Assembly: GCA_051003195.1 (NCBI GenBank) | Contig: JBPCLP010000048.1 | Span: 1-56,977 of the forward strand | Direction: 5' to 3' | Source: Candidatus Sumerlaeaceae bacterium | Lineage (GTDB): Bacteria; Sumerlaeota; Sumerlaeia; Sumerlaeales; Sumerlaeaceae | Length of the DNA stretch: 56,977 bases | Shown here: piece after piece, positions 10,614-21,237 of the stretch | Position numbering within the stretch: position 1 is the stretch's first letter | Layout of the letters: each line of letters starts with the position of its first letter | Program-made: the position numbers and the translations under genes | Notes under the pieces: generated by a model | Seen by the model: only the letters and a program-made list of their open reading frames with translations | The model's database searches: none | What the model was told of the DNA's origin: nothing

Positions 10614-11839
10614 AGGTCATTGCTGACCCGATTCTGAAACGCAGCGACCTCGGTAAGTGGCCGGTAATTGCGCTGGCAGCCACCGTGGTTGGTGTGCTGA
10701 TCTGCCTCGTGCTGGGCCTGCAGGACCACGACCGGTTTTTCCGCGCGTACCTCGTTGGTTATATGTACTGGTTCAATATTGGAATGGGTTCCCTGCTGTT
10801 GCTGATGATCCAGCATCTGAGCGGGGGGGCCTGGGGAGTGGCAATTCGCCGCGTCCTGGAATCCTCCGCCAACAACATCAAATGGATGCTCCTGTTCTTT
10901 ATCCCGGTGCTGCTTGGTATGCACTCGCTGTACGAATGGACACATGAAGACGTTGTCGCAAAAGATGCCATTATCCAACTCAAGGTAGCCTGGTTGAACA
11001 TCCCGTTCTTCCTGATCCGCGTTGCCATCTACTTCGGCCTGTGGGTATTGATCGCGTTCCTGCTGAAGCGCTGGTCTACCGAACAGGATGCGACAGCCAA
11101 TCCGCTTATCCCGGGGCGCATGCGCAACCTGTGTGGGCCTGGTATCGTGATTTTCTTTCTAACGATGACCTTTGCCGCTGTGGACTGGATCCTCTCGCTC
11201 GAGGTTCACTACTATTCCACGATGTTTGGCCCGGTCGTGATGATTGGGCAGGCATTGGTCTCGATGGCGTTTACGATCGCGATCCTGGTACTGCTTAGCC
11301 GGATTCCCCCGATGAACAACATTCTGACGCCAGGTCATTTCCACGATCTCGGCAAGCTGATGCTGGCATTCACGATGTTATGGGCCTATATCAACTTCTC
11401 GCAATTCCTTATCACCTGGTCTGCCAACCTAGTCGAAGAGATTCCATATTACCTGAAGCGGATGAGCGGCGGCTGGGGCTGGGTTGGTGCGGGGTTAATT
11501 GCTTTTCACTTCTTTGTCCCGTTTTGCGCCCTCCTCAACAGGGACCTGAAACGCAACCCGCGCACGCTGATCTGGGTGGCGATCTGGGTCATCTGCGTAC
11601 GCTTCGTCGACCTATCCTACCTTATACTTCCGTCCGCTCATAATCACCACGTTGAGGGGCCTGAGAGCCACTTCACAGGGCATTTCGATGGTCGCGCCGT
11701 ATTGCTCGCCCTCGGATCGGTTCTGGCCATAGGTGGAATCTGGCTCACACTGTTCTTCCGCACACTCATCAGCCGACCCATGATCCCGATCAACGATCCT
11801 TATCTGCAGGAGGCGCTCGAGTTCCATGGCGGACACTAA
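10610..11839 (+). CDS. actF: Alternative complex III ActF membrane subunit
   Basis: Polytopic membrane protein; LYEW, WLNIPFF, DWILSLE..YYSTMFG, HFHDLGKLMLAF..WAY..FSQFLITW. Confidence 0.93.
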   Translation: MKVIADPILKRSDLGKWPVIALAATVVGVLICLVLGLQDHDRFFRAYLVGYMYWFNIGMGSLLLLMIQHLSGGAWGVAIRRVLESSANNIKWMLLFFIPVLLGMHSLYEWTHEDVVAKDAIIQLKVAWLNIPFFLIRVAIYFGLWVLIAFLLKRWSTEQDATANPLIPGRMRNLCGPGIVIFFLTMTFAAVDWILSLEVHYYSTMFGPVVMIGQALVSMAFTIAILVLLSRIPPMNNILTPGHFHDLGKLMLAFTMLWAYINFSQFLITWSANLVEEIPYYLKRMSGGWGWVGAGLIAFHFFVPFCALLNRDLKRNPRTLIWVAIWVICVRFVDLSYLILPSAHNHHVEGPESHFTGHFDGRAVLLALGSVLAIGGIWLTLFFRTLISRPMIPINDPYLQEALEFHGGH

Positions 11840-12323
11840 GAAAAAACACGCGCCCGATGTTACGCGGGTCGATGACCGTTATGAGCGCAGCGACGCGCGG
11901 TACTCTGCCATTGTCCTGTGGATCATCGTCATCGGAGCCGCCGCGGTTCTGTCCGGTTGGGCCTCGTATTATTACTATCGCTATGCGACTGCCAGACTGG
12001 AAGATCGGCGACAGCCTGCGATGTCTGACATGGGTCCCCGCGCTCCGGCGAACAAAGATATGCCGCTGCTTCAGTTGAACCCCACAGCCGACATGATAGA
12101 ATTTGATCGAATAATGGACGAAGCCAGCAACAGCTACGGCTGGGTCAGTAAAGAGGCCGGTGTCGTGCGCCTGCCCATAACCCGCGCGATGGAGCTGACG
12201 CTTCAGCGCGGTTTGCCGGCCGACGAGAAAAAGCCTGAGACAACTGCCACTGCGCCGGATACGGGAGCGGATCTGCCACAGGATTCGAGCAGTGGCCGCA
12301 CCTCCTGGAATGTGCAGAGATGA
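11826..12323 (+). CDS. actG: ActG-like single-TM accessory subunit
   Basis: YERSD, one TM helix, YGWVS..AGVVRLPITRAMEL; sits between actF and SCO. Confidence 0.75.
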   Translation: MADTKKKHAPDVTRVDDRYERSDARYSAIVLWIIVIGAAAVLSGWASYYYYRYATARLEDRRQPAMSDMGPRAPANKDMPLLQLNPTADMIEFDRIMDEASNSYGWVSKEAGVVRLPITRAMELTLQRGLPADEKKPETTATAPDTGADLPQDSSSGRTSWNVQR

Positions 12324-13186
12324 TGTTGAGACCCCACATAACTTTGTTCGCATGCTGGTTAGCCGCCGTTGCAGCCACGACGTGCGCTCAGTATCGTCCT
12401 CCAAACCTCGATACATCACCACCGGCATCGCAGCAACCTGCGATTCTGAAAGAGATTGGTATCGACCAGAAGCTTGGTGATCAGGTGCCGCTCGACGCGC
12501 ACTTCAAGGACGACAATGGTCGCGATGTAACGCTATTGGATTATACCGGCGATAAGCCGATCGTCCTGAACCTGGTGTATTTCGGTTGTCCCATGCTTTG
12601 CGGGCAGGTGCTGAACGGACTGACGCGCAGCCTTCGTGCGCTTGAGATGCAGCCTGGTAGAGACTTCAAGGTCGTGACAATCAGCTTTGACCCGCGAGAG
12701 AAGCCGGAACTGGCAGCTGATAAAAAGAAAAATTATCTCAAAGAATACCGCAATGAGCACGCGAAGGAGAACTGGCACTGGCTCACCGGCTCAGAGGACC
12801 AGATCAAGCGCGTTACCCAGGCTGTCGGTTTTCGCTACGTTTGGGACCAGAAGTTTCAGCAGTTCGCCCACGGAAGCGGGATCATGCTGCTGACTCCAGA
12901 GGGCAAGGTGTCGCGGTATTTCTACGGCATTGAGTATTCGCCGAAAGACATGCGTCTGGGGATCACGGAGGCAAGCAGCGGCAGAGTGGGCGGTCTTGCC
13001 GACAAGGTGCTGCTGTTCTGCTTCCATTACGATCCAAGCGCCGGAAAGTACACAATGAGCGTGCTGCGGCTGATGCAGGTGGGCGGCACGATCACACTGC
13101 TCGCGCTTGCGAGTTTTCTCTTTGTTATGTTCCGGAAAGATATCCGCGCCAGTCGACTGCGCGCAGCTGAGGAGCTTGGATCCTGA
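12320..13186 (+). CDS. SCO1/SenC family copper chaperone
   Basis: Signal peptide, GIDQKLG, YFGCPMLC (CxxxC), conserved His in FAHGSG, C-terminal TM helix. Confidence 0.93.
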   Translation: MMLRPHITLFACWLAAVAATTCAQYRPPNLDTSPPASQQPAILKEIGIDQKLGDQVPLDAHFKDDNGRDVTLLDYTGDKPIVLNLVYFGCPMLCGQVLNGLTRSLRALEMQPGRDFKVVTISFDPREKPELAADKKKNYLKEYRNEHAKENWHWLTGSEDQIKRVTQAVGFRYVWDQKFQQFAHGSGIMLLTPEGKVSRYFYGIEYSPKDMRLGITEASSGRVGGLADKVLLFCFHYDPSAGKYTMSVLRLMQVGGTITLLALASFLFVMFRKDIRASRLRAAEELGS

Positions 13187-13192
13187 TCCGCT

Positions 13193-14380
13193 ATGGAATT
13201 TAATCCGACAAAATTGGGCTTTTCCTTCTTCCCGGAGCAGGCGTCGACCATCGCCTGGCAGGTGGATGCCCTCTATTTTTTCCTGACTGCGGTTACGGTT
13301 TTCTTTACTCTGCTGGTCGTTGGCCTGCTAGTGATTTTCGCAGTGCGCTATCGCCGCCGGAATGCCGAGTATCGTCCGCCACGTGTGGAAACAAGTAAGA
13401 CTCTCGAGATCGTATGGTCGGTTATTCCGCTGATACTCACGGTGATCATGTTCTATTGGGGTGCTGAGGTGTTTTTCGATCAGCGCCGCATCCCGGCTGA
13501 TGCCATGGAAATCAGTGTGACGGGTAAAAAATGGATGTGGAAATTTCAGCACCCAAATGGCCGGCGCGAAATTAACGTGCTCCATGTACCGATTGGTCAG
13601 AATGTGCTGCTACGTATGGCGTCTGAAGATGTGCTCCACGACGTCTTTATTCCCGCGTTTCGCGTGAAACAGGACGTACTTCCTGGACGATACACGACAC
13701 AATGGTTCAATGCGACCAAGACCGGGATATATCATCTGTTCTGTAACCAGTACTGCGGTGCGCAGCACTCAAATATGATTGGGAGCGTGGTGGCGATGGA
13801 GCCGCCTGCATACCAGGCGTGGCTTTCGGGCTTTACGGGAGAAGCCCCTGAGAAGGCGGGTGAGAACCTGTTTTCGAAACTCGCGTGCAATACATGCCAC
13901 ATGGCCGGCTCCGCATCGCGCGGGCCGGATCTTGGAAACCTCATCGGAAGCAAAGTTGCTCTGCAGGGCGGACAGGTGATTACCGCCGATGAGAATTACA
14001 TCCGCGAATCGGTGTTGAACCCGCAGGCCAAGGTAGTTGCAGGTTTTCAGCCAATTATGCCGAGCTTCCAGGGCATCGTCACCGAGGAACAGTTAACTCA
14101 CCTGATCGCTTACATAAAAACGCTCAAATCCAGTACCACAGGCGCGCAACCAGCAGTTGCCGGCGGTTTAGTTCCAGATCCGCACAGCATGCAGAACGCT
14201 GCCTTAAGTCTCACACAATCCGGCATTGCACCGGCGCCTGCAGCGGGCGCAGCGGCCGCTAAACCTGCGGAACAGCCTGCTCGGCAGTCTTCGCCGCCAG
14301 CTACCCACGACACCGCAACGACGAGTACCGCCTCTTCCACTGTACCTACCACGAATACCACTCCGCAGGGAGCGAAGTAA
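13193..14380 (+). CDS. coxB: Cytochrome c oxidase subunit II with fused cytochrome c (caa3 type)
   Basis: Two TM helices, WMWKF, DVLH, CuA motif [12 protein letters not shown], heme motif CNTCH, then an Ala/Pro/Thr-rich tail. Confidence 0.96.
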   Translation: MEFNPTKLGFSFFPEQASTIAWQVDALYFFLTAVTVFFTLLVVGLLVIFAVRYRRRNAEYRPPRVETSKTLEIVWSVIPLILTVIMFYWGAEVFFDQRRIPADAMEISVTGKKWMWKFQHPNGRREINVLHVPIGQNVLLRMASEDVLHDVFIPAFRVKQDVLPGRYTTQWFNATKTGIYHLFCNQYCGAQHSNMIGSVVAMEPPAYQAWLSGFTGEAPEKAGENLFSKLACNTCHMAGSASRGPDLGNLIGSKVALQGGQVITADENYIRESVLNPQAKVVAGFQPIMPSFQGIVTEEQLTHLIAYIKTLKSSTTGAQPAVAGGLVPDPHSMQNAALSLTQSGIAPAPAAGAAAAKPAEQPARQSSPPATHDTATTSTASSTVPTTNTTPQGAK

Positions 14381-14381
14381 T

Positions 14382-16061
14382 ATGAGTTATACCATGAATG
14401 CTCCGGCACCGGTGTCCACGCAGGGCAGGCCCATTACGACCGACCTTGCAGCGGCCGGGGAACTGAACTATCTGACCAATGGCGGGACTATACGTTCGTG
14501 GCTCCTGACTGGCGATCATAAGCGCATTGCCGTTCTCTACATTGTAACCACCACTGTAGCTTTTATCCTCGGTGCCCTCGCTGCCGCACTGGTTCGCCTC
14601 GAACTGATCACTCCAGAGGGCGACCTTATGTCATCCGAGACTTACAATCGTGCTTTCACTGCCCACGGCGTCATCATGGTCTTTGCATTCCTGGTGCCGG
14701 CGGTTCCGGCGACACTCGGAAACTTCCTTGTACCGCTGATGGTGGGCGCCAAGGACCTGGCCTTCCCGAAAATTAACCTGATGAGCTGGTATATGTACAT
14801 GGTGGGCACTGCATTCGCCCTGTACGCGATCGTCGCAGGCGGCGTCGACACCGGCTGGACTTTCTACACCCCTTACAGCACGACAACCAACACGAACGTC
14901 ATATCCGCAGCCGTGGGCGTGTTCATCATAGGATTCTCGTCCATCTTCACGGGCTTCAATTTTATTGTAACTGTGCATAAGATGCGTGCGCCCGGCATGA
15001 CATGGTTCCGTTTGCCGCTGTTCATCTGGTCGAACTATGCTACCAGCCTGATCATGATTCTGGGCACGCCTGTGATCGGTATTACCATGCTGATGGTAGC
15101 GGTCGAACGCATGCTGCACCTCGGCGTGTTCGACCCAGCTTACGGTGGCGATCCGGTACTCTTCCAGCATTTATTCTGGTTCTACTCGCACCCTGCTGTG
15201 TATATCATGATTCTCCCGGGTTTTGGTGTGATATCGGAGATCATTCCATGCTTCTCGCGTAAAAACATCTTCGGGTACAGCTTTGTTGCAATGAGCAGCC
15301 TGGCAATCGCAATGGTTGGGTTCTTCGTGTGGGGTCATCACCTGTTTGTTGCCGGTCAATCTGTGTATGCGGGCGTGGTCTTCTCTGCGCTGAGTTTCAT
15401 TATTGCCATTCCAACAGCCATCAAGGTGTTCAACTGGACCGTTACCCTCTATAAAGGCTCGGTGTCTTTCGAGACGCCGATGCTCTATGCCTTTGGATTT
15501 ATCGGGTTGTTTCTGATCGGTGGCCTGACGGGACTGTTCCTCTCAACGCTGGGACTGGACGTCCACCTCCACGACACGTACTTTGTAGTCGCCCACTTCC
15601 ACTATGTAATGGTGGGCGGAATGGTGCTGGCATACCTGGGAGGCCTGCATTTCTGGTGGCCAAAAATCAGCGGGCGTATGTATCCCGAACTGCTAGGCAA
15701 GCTGTCAGCGCTGATTATTTATATAGGCTTCAACCTCACATTTTTCCCGCAGTTCATCATGGGTTACATGGGGATGCCACGCCAGTACCACACGTACGTT
15801 CCGGAGTTCCAAGTGTACCACGTGCTTTCTACTGCGGGTGCCTCGGTGTTGGGTGTCGGTTTTCTCCTGCCGATCATTTACCTGACGTACTCCTGGAAAT
15901 ATGGCCCACGCGCGGGTTCGAACCCATGGAAGGCGACAGGCCTGGAGTGGCAGACGACCTCTCCACCGCCCACCGCTAACTTCCTGGAAATCCCGGTGGT
16001 CACGTGTGCGCCGTATGAGTACGCCGAAATCAAGGAGGACCGGCTTGTCCACGCACGCTAG
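14382..16061 (+). CDS. coxA: Cytochrome c oxidase subunit I (A2 type)
   Basis: ATG 14382; [24 protein letters not shown] (YS = A2 subfamily), [21 protein letters not shown]. Confidence 0.98.
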   Translation: MSYTMNAPAPVSTQGRPITTDLAAAGELNYLTNGGTIRSWLLTGDHKRIAVLYIVTTTVAFILGALAAALVRLELITPEGDLMSSETYNRAFTAHGVIMVFAFLVPAVPATLGNFLVPLMVGAKDLAFPKINLMSWYMYMVGTAFALYAIVAGGVDTGWTFYTPYSTTTNTNVISAAVGVFIIGFSSIFTGFNFIVTVHKMRAPGMTWFRLPLFIWSNYATSLIMILGTPVIGITMLMVAVERMLHLGVFDPAYGGDPVLFQHLFWFYSHPAVYIMILPGFGVISEIIPCFSRKNIFGYSFVAMSSLAIAMVGFFVWGHHLFVAGQSVYAGVVFSALSFIIAIPTAIKVFNWTVTLYKGSVSFETPMLYAFGFIGLFLIGGLTGLFLSTLGLDVHLHDTYFVVAHFHYVMVGGMVLAYLGGLHFWWPKISGRMYPELLGKLSALIIYIGFNLTFFPQFIMGYMGMPRQYHTYVPEFQVYHVLSTAGASVLGVGFLLPIIYLTYSWKYGPRAGSNPWKATGLEWQTTSPPPTANFLEIPVVTCAPYEYAEIKEDRLVHAR

Positions 16062-16836
16062 CGCTCCTCATGAGCACGGCCACAGCCCCGGGCAGGGACA
16101 TAACCCATACCTGGCTCATCACTTTGAGGATTTTGAACAACAGGAAGAGGCGCACGCCCTTGGATTATGGATCTTCCTTGCTACGGAAATCATGTTTTTC
16201 GGCGGACTGTTTCTGGCCTTTACCGCATACCACATCATGTTCCCCGATGCCTTCGCACAAGCCAGCCTGAAGCTTGATGAGAGGTGGGGCATTATTAATA
16301 CGGTCGTCCTACTGTTCAGCAGCTTCACAATGGCTATGGGTGTGTGGTCAGCTCAAACGAATCGGCGTAGCCTGTTGATCGGTTTTCTTTCGGTTACGCT
16401 GCTGTGCGGCTTTGCCTTCATGGGAATAAAGACGATTGAGTACAAAGATAAGTACACCCATCACCTTGTCCCTGGTCCAAACTTCAATTTCACGCTAAAG
16501 GACCCGCATCATACGGGTCCCGCGCTAACCGCTGAGCAGCATGCGAAGCAGGAGGCATATATCGCGGAGATACTCAAACGTGATCCATTTGTGGAGCGCC
16601 ATGCGCAGATGTACTTCGTGATGTATTTCTGCCTTACCGGCCTGCACGGCTTTCACGTCTTATGCGGCATAGGCGTTATTTCGTGGATGTTGCTGCGGTC
16701 CATACGCGGGGAGTTTAATTCGGTTTGGAACACGCCGGTTCATCTCACGGGACTTTACTGGCATCTTGTCGACCTTGTCTGGATCTACCTCTTCCCGCTG
16801 ATCTACCTGGTAGCCAAACATCACTTAATACACTAA
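16045..16836 (+). CDS. coxC: Cytochrome c oxidase subunit III
   Basis: TTG 16045 after [51 protein letters not shown]. Confidence 0.95.
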   Translation: MSTHASAPHEHGHSPGQGHNPYLAHHFEDFEQQEEAHALGLWIFLATEIMFFGGLFLAFTAYHIMFPDAFAQASLKLDERWGIINTVVLLFSSFTMAMGVWSAQTNRRSLLIGFLSVTLLCGFAFMGIKTIEYKDKYTHHLVPGPNFNFTLKDPHHTGPALTAEQHAKQEAYIAEILKRDPFVERHAQMYFVMYFCLTGLHGFHVLCGIGVISWMLLRSIRGEFNSVWNTPVHLTGLYWHLVDLVWIYLFPLIYLVAKHHLIH

Positions 16837-16854
16837 GGACTGTAACAGGGTAAT

Positions 16855-17256
16855 ATGGCACACCAAGTTCATATCGCGGCCGAACATCCCGGACACCAGG
16901 AATCCAGCCTGGAAGATACGCACGCGACCCACCACATTGTTTCGCCTGTCGTGTACCTGGTTATTGTAGTTATTTTATTTGTCCTGACCTATGTAACCAT
17001 CCTGTGCGCGTACAAAGATTTCGGCGGGCTTTGGAATCTGGTCCTTGCCCTGTCGATTGCGACCATTAAGGCTACCCTCGTCGTTTTATATTTTATGCAC
17101 GTAAAGTGGAGCGGACGCCTGATCCACATCACGATTGGTGTAAGTCTCATGTTCTTCGTGCTGTTGATTGCCGGCGTCCTGATGGACCAGTACACGCGCC
17201 ACAACGTCGTGCTTATCGACGAAGTACCGCCGATCGAGAAAACACAATCTCACTGA
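16855..17256 (+). CDS. coxD: Cytochrome c oxidase subunit IV (CtaF-like)
   Basis: Three TM helices, KATLVVLYFMHVK motif, last gene of the oxidase cluster. Confidence 0.9.
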   Translation: MAHQVHIAAEHPGHQESSLEDTHATHHIVSPVVYLVIVVILFVLTYVTILCAYKDFGGLWNLVLALSIATIKATLVVLYFMHVKWSGRLIHITIGVSLMFFVLLIAGVLMDQYTRHNVVLIDEVPPIEKTQSH

Positions 17257-17297
17257 CGCGGTAGTGCATTTCCCATTCTGCAGCGGGAGATGAGTTT

Positions 17298-18218
17298 TTG
17301 CGTGTTCTGATATCAAATGACGATGGTGTGGATTCACCTGGGATCTGGGCACTTTACCAGGAGATTTCAAAGATTGCTGACGCGATCGTCGTCGCTCCCG
17401 CTACGGAACGTAGCGCTGTTGGACACGCCATCAGTGTTTACAACGAAGTTACTCTGCGCCGGCACATTCGGGAAGAGAAAGAGTGGGGCTACGGCCTTGA
17501 TGGCACACCGGCCGACTGCGTGAAAATGGCACTGACCATGTTGATGAAAGACAACCCACCGGACCTTGTGATTTCGGGCATCAACCGGGGGCAGAATACT
17601 GGAACAAGTATTCTCTACTCAGGCACTGTTGCCGCGGCGCTCGAGGCCACGATGAGCGGTCTGCCGGCCGTTGCCGTTTCACTGGCCGTTATGGCTCCAT
17701 TTAAAGGGGAAAAGCTTGGCTCTTTTCAGCCCGGTTCAACCGAGTTCACGAATGATGCTCACCAGCTTGGACGCACGGTTAGCGAGTATATTCCCGCGGC
17801 ACGATTCACCGCACGTCTGGCTCTGTCCGTTTTGAAAAGGGGACTTCCCCGTGGGATACTGCTTAATGTAAATGTGCCGATGCTGCCGGAAGATCAGTTG
17901 CGTGGAGTCGCCATCTCCAAAATGGGGCACTCGCTATTCGTCGACGAATTCCGGGCGGTGAGCGAATGCGACGGTGCAGTGTGCTATCGCAACGTCGGCG
18001 ATCGCCTGATACAGTCACCTGCCGGCGAAGATTGGGATGACCTCGTTTTGCATGAGAACAAGATTTCGGTGACGCCGCTTCACTATGACCTCACCCATCA
18101 CGAATTCGCAGAACAGCTGAAGCGCTGGGCGCTTGAAGAGGAGCGCGAAGCGCGTGAGGCAGGCAGCCTGGTCGCGCGGGAACTGTCAGGCGATCTGGAC
18201 GCAGAAATTATCGGCTAG
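17298..18218 (+). CDS. surE: 5'/3'-nucleotidase SurE
   Basis: LISNDDG, VVAP..ERSAVGH, GTPADCV, SGINRGQN, YSGTVAAA, ISVTPL. Confidence 0.96.
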   Translation: MRVLISNDDGVDSPGIWALYQEISKIADAIVVAPATERSAVGHAISVYNEVTLRRHIREEKEWGYGLDGTPADCVKMALTMLMKDNPPDLVISGINRGQNTGTSILYSGTVAAALEATMSGLPAVAVSLAVMAPFKGEKLGSFQPGSTEFTNDAHQLGRTVSEYIPAARFTARLALSVLKRGLPRGILLNVNVPMLPEDQLRGVAISKMGHSLFVDEFRAVSECDGAVCYRNVGDRLIQSPAGEDWDDLVLHENKISVTPLHYDLTHHEFAEQLKRWALEEEREAREAGSLVARELSGDLDAEIIG

Positions 18219-18253
18219 CTGCAAAGGCTCTTGCACGCTTCGCGAACGAATGT

Positions 18254-19444
18254 TCAGGGTACGAGCTGCACAGTTCCGGTCGTGGCTTCGGCGCTGGCAG
18301 CCACCGTTTGCGGTGGAATAACCATGGTACCGCGCAAACGTTCCATCTCAGGGTTCTTCAGCGTACCGGTCGCATCGATGATGTCGTAGGGCGTCAGGTT
18401 CGAGCTCAACACGTTCAGCTGCTCCCTCGGCACATTCGACTGCGGTTCACGTGAGACCAGGTAATCCTGCTGATCGATTCTAATCGCGACCGCTTCCGCC
18501 GAATTGAAGTCTAATCCGTAATACCAATCGTCGCGACGTACCGACTCTCCATCTGCCCATCTTGTACCGTTGATCTTCCGAGCCCACAGGCCCGTCCATT
18601 CATCAACGGCACGCTGGTTTGCAGACAACCACTCGTAAAAATTTCGGCGCCGATCTTCGCGCTCCTGCAGGCGGTCATAAAAAGCGCGATTCTCATTATA
18701 CTGTTCGTTCACAACCTGTATCGCAGCCTGGTTAAATGCTGTGGCGAGGTCCAGCCATTCCTGGGCGGCCGTGCTAGCATCATAAGTCAACTCGGGCAAA
18801 TCTTCAGCCCCCGCGAGTAGCTTTTCTTTTACGTACTTGTCGTACATTTCGAGCTGTTCATAGTAAAAGTCCCATGCCGCGCCTGCCTTAGGATCCGCCT
18901 GGCCAGGCTGCTGGGGAGCAACTTGCGCGGGCTGTCCCGGCTGCTGATACGTGGCGTAGAGCCGATCAATCTCCTGCTGCTTGAGCTGCTCGGCCTGGTC
19001 GAAGGCAACCTTCTCACGCACGATGCCAAGGTCGGGATCTTCGCGGAAAAGAAACTGATAGGTTTCGATAGGGCCTGTCGCAGCGACTGTACTAGTCGTT
19101 TCTGTCGTGCCGGCATCATTCGCCAGGGGTCCGCTAAGGCTTAACGGGGGGGGCATTGGGATGGCAGAAGTTCCCGGCGGAGCGTTTGGATCCACCGCTG
19201 AGGGTATTCCTGGCAAGCCAGCGCCAGCACCACCGAACGGATCTGGTGTCGGGAGTGCCGGAGCAGGCACCGTGGGAAGTGTAGGCAACTGCGGCAGGGC
19301 TCCAGGTAAGGGCGCTGCAGGCGAAGCCGGAGCCGCTGGTGCTGCAGGGCCGCTTTCAGCGCCAGCAGCCTGGAGCATAGGGCACGTAAACACTACTGTC
19401 GCACCTAAGAGCATCTCTAATATTCGTAGTTTCGTCACGATCAC
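18254..19444 (-). CDS. Exported hypothetical protein with Pro-rich N-terminal region
   Basis: 396-aa ORF; signal-peptide-like N-terminus, PAAP/LPTLP low-complexity region, then a helical Tyr/Trp-rich domain with no recognised family. Confidence 0.75.
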   Translation of the reverse strand: MIVTKLRILEMLLGATVVFTCPMLQAAGAESGPAAPAAPASPAAPLPGALPQLPTLPTVPAPALPTPDPFGGAGAGLPGIPSAVDPNAPPGTSAIPMPPPLSLSGPLANDAGTTETTSTVAATGPIETYQFLFREDPDLGIVREKVAFDQAEQLKQQEIDRLYATYQQPGQPAQVAPQQPGQADPKAGAAWDFYYEQLEMYDKYVKEKLLAGAEDLPELTYDASTAAQEWLDLATAFNQAAIQVVNEQYNENRAFYDRLQEREDRRRNFYEWLSANQRAVDEWTGLWARKINGTRWADGESVRRDDWYYGLDFNSAEAVAIRIDQQDYLVSREPQSNVPREQLNVLSSNLTPYDIIDATGTLKNPEMERLRGTMVIPPQTVAASAEATTGTVQLVP

Positions 19445-19639
19445 GATCCCTGCGGATTCACTGGAACTTGGCAGCCTGACTGCTGCTGCGCGCTACATTA
19501 TATCCACATCTGGCAAGGCGAATCTCTTCAATTGCAAGCACAAGCGGCAGCTAAGTCTCGATAAATCACACGTTTATCCTGCCTTAAATATGAACTTAAA
19601 TATGAAGAAGATTCATTCAATTCCAGAATAGGGATCCGC

Positions 19640-21034
19640 TTAATCCTGATCTTGCTCCGCTTCGGCTGGCTCTGGCTCGGCGGCCGTTTCCGCTTCTTCC
19701 TCAGCAGCCTCGCCGCCGCCGTCAGCCCCGGCGTCCTCCTCACCATAATTGGAACGGGTCATCTCCCGCAGTGCTTCAACATACTCCTTAGCACCTTCGA
19801 TGATTTCTTCGGCCATGGACATGTCGCCGTTCACCAGTTCCGCCAGCTCCTCCACGTCTGCCGCCGCTAGCTGGTGCACGTTATTGTAGGAAGAACTGTA
19901 GAACGCCTCGCGGATTCCCTGGTCGGCCCGATCGATCTGGGTGAGAAAATCTTCGAGGTACTGGCGCTGGACGTGCTCCGCGTCGACGTTCGCCATCTTC
20001 TCCTCTTCGCCCTCACTGTGGATGTCGAGTTTCCATCCGGTAAGGCGCGCCGCCAACTTTGCATTTTGGCCTCGCTTGCCGATCGCGAGCGAAAGATTCC
20101 CCTGCTTTACGACCACGTCCGCCTGCTTCCGCTCTTCGTGAATCTCAATGGATTGTATCTGCGCCGGCACTAGTGCGGATGTAATGAACTGTTTTATGTT
20201 CGTGCTGAAGGGAACGATGTCGATTTTCTCGTTTTCGAGTTCCCGAACGATCATCTGTACGCGGCTGCCTTTTACGCCAACGCACGCACCCACTGGATCG
20301 ACGTCTGAATTCGTGCTTTGCACTCCGATCTTCGTTCGGGCGCCGGGTTCGCGTACTACATTGACGATTTTGACAGTGCCGTCCGCGATCTCGGGGACTT
20401 CCTGCTCGAACAGCTTTGCCACGAGCTGCGGGCTGTTGCGCGACACGCGCATTACCGGGCCCCGTGCTTCCAGGTCCAAATCGGTCAGGATAACTTTTAC
20501 CCGGTCGCCTACGCGGTAATGGCTGGTAGGGGGCGTTTCATTGCGAGGCAGTAGCGCTTCGGTTTTACCAATCGATAAGATCAGATCGCGCTTTTCGAAG
20601 CGCTGAACAATACCGGTAAATACGTCGCCCTTTTTTAGCGAGTATTCATCATGCACCTTCTGCCGTTCGGCATCCTTCAATTTCTGCATGACCGTCTGTT
20701 TGGCAGATTGTGCGGCGATGCGCCCGAAAATAGAAGGATCGACCTCGACCTCAACCTGGTCACCTACCTTGGCACCGGCCTGAATTTTGGCCGCCTCACG
20801 AACTGAAACCTGTGTGCGCGGGTTCGTGGCGATGTTCACGACGTTCTTCTTCACAAACAGTCGCAGCTCTCCAGAGTCCACGTTGAGCTCAGTGCGTGCG
20901 TCCTCAAACTGAGAAAGGTTCTTTTTCGATGCGCTGACAATAGCCTGCTCGACGGCATCCTTCACAACTTCGACATCGAGATCCTTCTCTTTGCTAATCT
21001 GTCGAATGAAAGCTTTCAGTTCCGTCGCGTTCAT
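19640..21034 (-). CDS. nusA: Transcription termination/antitermination factor NusA
   Basis: ATG 21034 (MNATELK); FGRIAAQSAKQ, S1 domain, REPGARTK, DPVGACVGVKGSRV, SLAIGKRGQNAKLA; acidic C-terminal extension. Confidence 0.98.
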   Translation of the reverse strand: MNATELKAFIRQISKEKDLDVEVVKDAVEQAIVSASKKNLSQFEDARTELNVDSGELRLFVKKNVVNIATNPRTQVSVREAAKIQAGAKVGDQVEVEVDPSIFGRIAAQSAKQTVMQKLKDAERQKVHDEYSLKKGDVFTGIVQRFEKRDLILSIGKTEALLPRNETPPTSHYRVGDRVKVILTDLDLEARGPVMRVSRNSPQLVAKLFEQEVPEIADGTVKIVNVVREPGARTKIGVQSTNSDVDPVGACVGVKGSRVQMIVRELENEKIDIVPFSTNIKQFITSALVPAQIQSIEIHEERKQADVVVKQGNLSLAIGKRGQNAKLAARLTGWKLDIHSEGEEEKMANVDAEHVQRQYLEDFLTQIDRADQGIREAFYSSSYNNVHQLAAADVEELAELVNGDMSMAEEIIEGAKEYVEALREMTRSNYGEEDAGADGGGEAAEEEAETAAEPEPAEAEQDQD

Positions 21035-21094
21035 ACCTGCTCGCCCTCTTTTGCCTCGAAATGTACGCCCGTGGTCGCTTTGCAAGTACCCCAC

Positions 21095-21123
21095 AAAACA
21101 AAAAGTGGGCACGGGCCCACTTT
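21095..21123 (-). terminator. Leader hairpin/attenuator upstream of nusA (rimP-leader-like)
   Basis: Minus strand reads AAAGTGGGC-CCGT-GCCCACTTT followed by TTGTTTTG: a perfect 9-bp stem plus U-tract about 60-90 nt before the nusA ATG. Confidence 0.75.
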
Positions 21124-21237
21124 GAAAAAAACCGCAAGACTCTTCAACGCGTGCTTCGTACAGCCGACGCATGCGCCGAATTACAGCATTAGCTTTCTAG
21201 ACTATTTGTATCGCAAATATTCAGCCCGGGGTGAGAG

